From Candidatus Dadabacteria bacterium (lineage in GTDB: Bacteria > Desulfobacterota_D > UBA1144 > Nemesobacterales > Nemesobacteraceae), in assembly GCA_028823955.1 (NCBI GenBank), contig JAPPFE010000032.1:48892-112891 (forward strand): DNA of 64,000 bases, written 5' to 3'. The position numbers and the translations under genes were made by a program. A model generated the notes under the pieces. That model had not been told where the DNA came from. It was given only the letters and a program-made list of their open reading frames with translations, and ran no database searches. The first letter of the stretch is position 1; every line of letters begins with the position of its first letter. Below, piece by piece: positions 58,531-64,000 of the stretch.

Positions 58531-59346
58531 CTATTCGGGCTTTGAGCATATGACGAGATGATTTGAAGCTCTCCCCTCGTCAACCAGTCCCAGATACGTA
58601 TCGAAATACTCAATGTGATAGCGGGTGTTTTCTTCGCCCTGCTCTTCGGCAATCACGGCGGAATGCTTTTTGTAAGCGTCTCCCCAGTTTTTGACCTGAA
58701 CCCGGAAATCCGCCACGTACTCGGTTATTTCCTCGATACGAAATCCGGCCGATTCAAGCTTTTCCCTGTAACTTTCAAGCGAATCGTAATATTGCGGGAT
58801 AAGATAGCCCCTGGCCATCTTCTCCTTTGTTTCCTCGTCACCGGATATCTCGAAGGTGCCGCTTAGAAACGCCCACGTTCCGGAAGGCTTAAGTACCCTG
58901 AGAACTTCCTTGAAAAGTCCCGCCTTGTCAGAAAACACGTTCATCACGTTAAGACTTATTGCCAGGTCAAACGTGTTTTCTGTAAACGGCATTTCCATCG
59001 CGTCGCCCAGATGAAATTCCGTTTGTTCCAGAAGCCCGGAGTTTTTCGCGAGTTTTCCTGATATGTCGACTCCCACTTCGTTAATTTCTATTCCGGATAC
59101 CCTGCACCCGGTCCTGTCGGCTATGTATATCGCGGGACCGCCCGCTCCGCTTCCCACGTCAAGAACATGCGTTGTTTTCTCTATGCCGAGTCTGGGGATA
59201 AGTTGGTCAAGATAACGGGGAGTAATGAAGGACTGCTGTCCTATGTCATCCTCTATTCCCCAGATGGATTCTCTTATGAGCCTGTTTGCGGGGCTGTCGA
59301 GCTGGTGAAGCTCGGAATAATCTACTCCTATCCGTTTTTCGTTCAT
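58531..59346 (-). CDS. class I SAM-dependent methyltransferase
   Basis: VLDVGSGAGGPAIYIA (motif I), LGDAMEMPF and LKPSG. Substrate cannot be inferred. Confidence 0.8.
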   Translation of the reverse strand: MNEKRIGVDYSELHQLDSPANRLIRESIWGIEDDIGQQSFITPRYLDQLIPRLGIEKTTHVLDVGSGAGGPAIYIADRTGCRVSGIEINEVGVDISGKLAKNSGLLEQTEFHLGDAMEMPFTENTFDLAISLNVMNVFSDKAGLFKEVLRVLKPSGTWAFLSGTFEISGDEETKEKMARGYLIPQYYDSLESYREKLESAGFRIEEITEYVADFRVQVKNWGDAYKKHSAVIAEEQGEENTRYHIEYFDTYLGLVDEGRASNHLVICSKPE

Positions 59347-59634
59347 CTGCAGTATGGTGCCTCCGATTGAATTTCAGGGAATTTCCGTAATTGAATCTAC
59401 ACTCTGATTGGCTAAACGCAATAAGCGATCCTTGAGCAGAGCGTCATTTGCCGCTGGGTGCGCAATGGAGCTGAATTTCTGAGATGCTACGACGTGTTTC
59501 GGTCGGACCGCCATCTCATCATTAAAATGCGAAACACTTATCTGGGCGGATGTTGATTTTTCCGCCAAAACGGCGGAGAACTCTCTTTAGGCGGGCACAG
59601 AAAAGAATTTTCGGAATTGACCGACGACGGGGTG

Positions 59635-59689
59635 AAAAAAAGAGGAGGCACTAAAGAGAACCTTTCGGATTCCCTTCAAGTACCTCCTC
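59635..59689 (-). terminator. rho-independent terminator of the porin gene
   Basis: The minus strand has GAGGAGGUAC, a partly paired 29-nt loop, GUGCCUCCUC (10 bp including one G-U pair), then UUUUUUU. It starts 57 nt after the porin stop. Confidence 0.7.
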
Positions 59690-59745
59690 AATTAAATTGA
59701 TCAAAACGCTGAAGACTTTAAAACAGCAAACCGAAGTCCGACAGA

Positions 59746-60816
59746 CTAGAATATCTGAACGTCAAAGTCATAGCGGAAACCGAGGCTTAAAGTATTAACG
59801 TCATCACCGTGCTCTTCGTCAAATAATACCCATTCGGCAAAGATGTCTAAGGCGGTATGTACCTCTTTAATCAAAGTAACGTTATAGCCCATCCGTTCGT
59901 CTCCGTCGTCCGGGTCGTGCATGAAAAAGCCCGCGAGCAATTTAAGGCTGCCCATAGTGTAGGCACCGGCTACGTCGAGAGTCCAGGGGTTCACATCAGG
60001 GCCGACATCGTAATTGTCCGTTATGTACTGGTAAGTAACGGCGAGGTACAGATTCTCGATTACACTCAGACTGCCGCCGACGCCGAAGAAATTCCTCTCC
60101 CTGTCCTTCTCGTCCTGATTCTGCCGCAGGTAGGATGCGCCGATGTAGATCGGGCCGGAACTGAAGCCCGCGCCGATCGAAGCCGCGTCAACATTGTCAG
60201 CATTGGAGGCGGAATCATCCTTGCCATAGTAGGCATCGTTTCCGACCTCACCGTCTACCTGCATACCCGCGTTTACCTTCAGACCCGAAAAACTGTTTGA
60301 GTATGTTACCAGATTGGTACTCCGGAAAGGACCCTGATGGTCATATCCGAAGGGGCTTGCCCGATGATAAAAAATGTCGGTTACTTCGGCTACAGTGTTA
60401 AAGTAGGGATCCCACTGCTTACCGATAGCTACCATCCCCAAATCCTCGCTTTTAATACCCACGTAAGCCTGGCGCGCGTCGCCGAAATCGCCGTTTTGCT
60501 CAATATCAACATCCCACTCTCCGTGTAACACCGCGGATAGACCTTCGGTTATCTGCGTGGTGGCTTTGATACCGACTCGTGAAAGCGCGTCGGTGATGTC
60601 GGTTGAGCTCCCGTCACTGTTTTCCCAGGTAAGCCTCGGCCAGAACCTGCCGTAGATTGAAACATCGGTATCTTTAACCAGTGCTTCCCCAGGCATTGCT
60701 TCTTCAGCAACCGGCTCCTCGGCCTCGCCCCCGCCTGCAAATGCTGAAAGCGGTACTGCCAACATCCCGGATGCCAGCAGACAAATCATTAAAACCCTTT
60801 TGATAAAGTAATTCAT
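59746..60816 (-). CDS. outer-membrane porin (Gram-negative general porin type)
   Basis: Signal peptide ...AVPLSAFA/GG, alternating beta-strand pattern rich in Gly/Asp/Tyr, and C-terminal ...LGFRYDFDVQIF ending in Phe (OMP sorting signature). Confidence 0.75.
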   Translation of the reverse strand: MNYFIKRVLMICLLASGMLAVPLSAFAGGGEAEEPVAEEAMPGEALVKDTDVSIYGRFWPRLTWENSDGSSTDITDALSRVGIKATTQITEGLSAVLHGEWDVDIEQNGDFGDARQAYVGIKSEDLGMVAIGKQWDPYFNTVAEVTDIFYHRASPFGYDHQGPFRSTNLVTYSNSFSGLKVNAGMQVDGEVGNDAYYGKDDSASNADNVDAASIGAGFSSGPIYIGASYLRQNQDEKDRERNFFGVGGSLSVIENLYLAVTYQYITDNYDVGPDVNPWTLDVAGAYTMGSLKLLAGFFMHDPDDGDERMGYNVTLIKEVHTALDIFAEWVLFDEEHGDDVNTLSLGFRYDFDVQIF

Positions 60817-61145
60817 TTTTCTCCTCCTTTTATCATAAGGCGCAATATATTCTGTTAGTTCATGTCCAACTCTTCAAGGCGAACCAAACACAGACGGCTT
60901 TGAGAACCATCTGGGGGTAACAGCAATAAATTTAGGTTCGGTACTGCCATAGGCCCATTAGGTCCACCCTGTACATCAACTTTCATTCTATCATAAATAG
61001 CAGATATTTTTAAAGAGATTTTTTGAAGACTCTAAAATTTTTCTGGTTAAGGAAGTCGAATCATGACGTCTGACAATCAGTTCAAGTAAAATCCAGAACC
61101 GGACTCCGAAAAACTCCTGTATTTATATTCCGCGGGAAATATGGG

Positions 61146-62213
61146 CTAATCATCGAACTTAAGAAGGGTTCCTTTCCTTTTCAGCCGGGTTTTTTCCGAA
61201 AGAGCATGAGAGACGATGGGAAGAGCTATGGTGGCGTCGCAGTAGCACTGAACCAGGCTGCCTTCGGGATTTTCCTTTCCCCAGGAAACAGCCTCTTCGA
61301 ACGTGCACCCCGAAAGTCCCCCCCACTGGGGAGAATCGGTCGTGATCTGGATTGCGTATTTATGAGGATAGTAGGTTTCCTGCACACCGGTTCCTTTGCG
61401 GTTAAGTCCGGCCTCTCTTCCCGGGACCTTCCTGTCTTCGTAAAGAAGGTCGCCCGTGACGGCGAAAAGCTGAATAAAGTCCTTCGGAACCCCGCCGCCT
61501 ATGTAAACCACTCCCGTGTCAATCACGCTTTCCCCCATCCCCATGAATTCCACGTAGTCCTGTATGGCGTCGATCGTGAGATGATGCCCCCTGCTTTCGG
61601 CTATGAGTGCCGCGTCTCCGTAAGGGCTGTCCGCTATGGCGGGGCAGAAGATCGGAACTTCGTTTCTTGCGGCCGTGGCTACTATGCTGTTTATGTTTTT
61701 CTTGTCGAGCCACTGTCCGCATCTTTTGAGAAATTCCCTTGAGGAATAGCTTCGGGATTTATCAAGAGTCATTATGAATTCGGCTAAAAGTTCGGTCATC
61801 TCAAGGTAGTCGGGCTCAGTTCCGTAAACGTCGTAGTAGCGGTTTATCCCCTCGGAAAAAAGCTTTGTGTCGTCTTCGTTGGGAGTTCCCTGCCAGTACG
61901 AAAAACCCATCGCTTCCACTATGTCCTCGGAGATGTTCGCGCCCGTGGGTATCAGAACGTCTATGTATCTGTTTTCGATTAGCCAGTTTATTATTTTCCA
62001 CTGTCCGGTTGTGGAAAGGGAGCCCGCGTATCCGAAAAAGATGGTGAGATTCTCAGCTTCCACCATCTTGCAGAGAACATCCACTACCCTACCCAGACTT
62101 TTACCCTGAAATCCCGTCTGCGCCATCTCCTCGAGCAGTCTTGAGATCGGCTTCTCGGGAGAAACCTCTATCGCTTTTACTTTTTCCCCGAGATAGCCTG
62201 ATTTTTCCTTCAC
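61146..62213 (-). CDS. deoxyhypusine synthase family protein (bacterial homologue)
   Basis: GTG start. FFGYAGSLSTTGQWKIINWLIENRYIDVLIPTGANISEDIVEA and VVYIGGGVPKDF fit the deoxyhypusine/homospermidine synthase-like family. Confidence 0.75.
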   Translation of the reverse strand: MKEKSGYLGEKVKAIEVSPEKPISRLLEEMAQTGFQGKSLGRVVDVLCKMVEAENLTIFFGYAGSLSTTGQWKIINWLIENRYIDVLIPTGANISEDIVEAMGFSYWQGTPNEDDTKLFSEGINRYYDVYGTEPDYLEMTELLAEFIMTLDKSRSYSSREFLKRCGQWLDKKNINSIVATAARNEVPIFCPAIADSPYGDAALIAESRGHHLTIDAIQDYVEFMGMGESVIDTGVVYIGGGVPKDFIQLFAVTGDLLYEDRKVPGREAGLNRKGTGVQETYYPHKYAIQITTDSPQWGGLSGCTFEEAVSWGKENPEGSLVQCYCDATIALPIVSHALSEKTRLKRKGTLLKFDD

Positions 62214-62229
62214 GTTCTTTTTCTCCTTG

Positions 62230-64000
62230 CTAAACTCTTATGTCCACGAGTCTTTTTGGTACGTAGACGAAGTTTTTTATCTCTCGCCCCGCTATGTACT
62301 CCTTTACCCGGCTGTCGGAAAGGGCGATTTCCCTAACGGTTTCCTCGTCTGCGTCCGCGCTTAAGGAGATCTGGTTTCTCACTCTGGAGTTAACTCTTAC
62401 GGGTATGGTTATCTCCGCGCTCTCAAAAGCGCTCTCGTCCCACTTTATCCACTCCTTGTCAACCAGGCTTCCGCTTTCTCCCGAAAGTTCCCAGAGTTCC
62501 TCCGCGAAATGGGGAGCCATAGGGTAGATAAGCCTCGTTATCGCGAGCAGCGATGTGCGGGCGTGCTCTCTTTCCACGTTTTTTTCTTTCCAGAGTGCGC
62601 TGAGTTCATTGAAAAGCTCCATTACGGCCGAAATTGCTGTGTTGAACTTGAAACTCTCTATGTCTTCCGTGACTTTTTTTATCGTCTGGTTGGTCGTGGC
62701 GGCGAGGGCAGCCGGTTTTCCCTCTGCCGGCAGTTTCTGGGTCTGTTCCTCGGTTTCCCGCTCGGCGAAAAACCCGGTGGCGAAACGCCAGACCCTGCCA
62801 AGGAACCTGAACATTCCGTTTACTCCCTGTTCGCTCCACTCAAGATCTTTTTCCACGGGGGCGGCGAAGAGCATGAACATCCTTACGGTGTCAGCCCCGT
62901 AGCGAACTATCATGTCGTCGGGATCCACGGTGTTCCCGAGAGACTTTGACATTTTCGCCCCGTCTTTTACCACCATTCCTTGGGTGAGAAGATTTTCAAA
63001 GGGTTCGTCGAGTTGGAAAACGCCGATGTCCCTGAGCACCTTCGTGAAGAACCTCGAGTAAAGCAGGTGAAGTATGGCGTGCTCTATTCCGCCTATGTAC
63101 TGATCCACGGGAAGCCAGTAAGAAGTTTTTTCGGGCTCGAACATGCCGCCTTTAAAATCGGGAGAGGCGTATCTCAGAAAATACCATGAAGATTCGACAA
63201 ACGTATCCATTGTGTCGGTCTCCCGCTTCGCAGGTTCCCCGCAGGCGGGGCAGCTTGTCGCGATGAAGCTTTCGATCTTGGAGAGAGCGGGGATTCGCTC
63301 TCCGTCAATATCTATCTCAAGCGGGAGTTCCACCGGAAGATCGGAATCCGGAACCGGAACCTCTCCGCACTGCTCGCAGTAAACTATGGGTATCGGTGCT
63401 CCCCAGTAGCGCTGCCTTGAGATTCCCCAGTCCCGAAGACGGTAGTTGATCTTGGTTCCGCCCGCGGCGTTTTTCTGGAGAAACTCTGCTATTTCCCCGA
63501 AGGCTTCCTGGGATGTGAGACCCGAGAGCCACCCGGAATCCCCGAGAATCCCCTTTTCCGTAAATGCTTCTTTTTCAATGTCAAAGACGCTTCCGTCGTC
63601 AGGGAAAATCACCTGTTTTATCTGAAGACCGTATTTTTTCGCGAACTCCCAGTCCCTCTGGTCGTGCGCGGGAACGCTCATTACCGCACCCCTTCCGTAG
63701 CTCATGAGGACGAAGTTCGCAGTCCATACGGGTATTCTCTCCCCGCTTATGGGGTGGATGGCCTCTATTCCCAGAGGAACGCCGGTTTTTTCCATGGTTT
63801 CAATCTCAGCTTCGGAGACAGGCGCCTTGCGACACCGGGCGAGAAAATCCGCTACCTCGGGGTTTTTCTTGGCCGTTTCGCCTACAAGCGGATGCTCGGG
63901 GGCCAGGGCCATGTAGGTCACCCCCATGATAGTGTCCGGGCGCGTGGTGAATATCTTCAAGACGCTCTTTTCCCCGTCCACGCGGAATTCGGCCTCGACT
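62230..64000 (-). CDS. leuS: leucyl-tRNA synthetase (C-terminal ~590 aa; the N-terminus is beyond the window)
   Basis: [42 protein letters not shown] and KMSKSLGN (KMSKS). The frame is open to the window edge. Confidence 0.95.
   Translation of the reverse strand, partial: VEAEFRVDGEKSVLKIFTTRPDTIMGVTYMALAPEHPLVGETAKKNPEVADFLARCRKAPVSEAEIETMEKTGVPLGIEAIHPISGERIPVWTANFVLMSYGRGAVMSVPAHDQRDWEFAKKYGLQIKQVIFPDDGSVFDIEKEAFTEKGILGDSGWLSGLTSQEAFGEIAEFLQKNAAGGTKINYRLRDWGISRQRYWGAPIPIVYCEQCGEVPVPDSDLPVELPLEIDIDGERIPALSKIESFIATSCPACGEPAKRETDTMDTFVESSWYFLRYASPDFKGGMFEPEKTSYWLPVDQYIGGIEHAILHLLYSRFFTKVLRDIGVFQLDEPFENLLTQGMVVKDGAKMSKSLGNTVDPDDMIVRYGADTVRMFMLFAAPVEKDLEWSEQGVNGMFRFLGRVWRFATGFFAERETEEQTQKLPAEGKPAALAATTNQTIKKVTEDIESFKFNTAISAVMELFNELSALWKEKNVEREHARTSLLAITRLIYPMAPHFAEELWELSGESGSLVDKEWIKWDESAFESAEITIPVRVNSRVRNQISLSADADEETVREIALSDSRVKEYIAGREIKNFVYVPKRLVDIRV

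Noticed and set aside
59374-59568. 64-aa ORF upstream of the methyltransferase gene.
   Set aside because: No ribosome-binding site, no recognisable motif and an unremarkable composition. It could be real, but the evidence is insufficient to list it as a gene.

Overview
64-kb stretch of a diderm (Gram-negative type) bacterial chromosome. I cannot place it taxonomically from sequence alone. Most of it is densely packed housekeeping DNA:
- Translation: rpmG-rpmB, gltX, rplM-rpsI, and leuS (partial, at the window edge).
- Metabolism: fabH, coaE, ispD-ispF, purB, pyk, argH, thiE, and a three-gene biotin-dependent acyl-CoA carboxylase.
- Energy and redox: an F1Fo ATP synthase operon (b', b, delta, alpha, gamma, beta, epsilon, but no a or c subunit genes), a class II B12-dependent ribonucleotide reductase, Fe/Mn superoxide dismutase, glutaredoxin and a sigma-70 factor.
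- Transport and envelope: several transporters, solute-binding lipoproteins, a porin, and a TonB-dependent receptor behind a clear cobalamin riboswitch.

Three short AT-rich insertions carry defence or addiction genes:
- An Abi-alpha/DUF4393-like gene at the left edge (77-895).
- A MazEF-type toxin-antitoxin pair (38195-38753), between a DASS transporter gene and pyk.
- A McrBC-type restriction module (48125-51701), between atpC and nrdJ. Its McrB homologue has a non-canonical N-terminal domain and a roughly 165-residue insertion inside the GTPase core.

Other points worth a second look:
- A secreted protein with two Cache-like repeats that ends in a Cys-containing tripartite C-terminal sorting-signal-like tail. 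It is split by a frameshift at an A6 run.
- Two tandemly duplicated small membrane proteins with repeated DPF(Q/R) motifs. The duplication also copied the 3' end of the neighbouring gene.
- A roughly 600-nt gene-free gap with a long interrupted helix (candidate ncRNA).
- An NrdR-box-like operator in the nrdJ promoter.
- Heavy use of TTG and GTG start codons.

I found no rRNA, tRNA, CRISPR array, transposase or integrase. All functional calls rest on motif recognition by eye and from memory, and none has been confirmed by a search.
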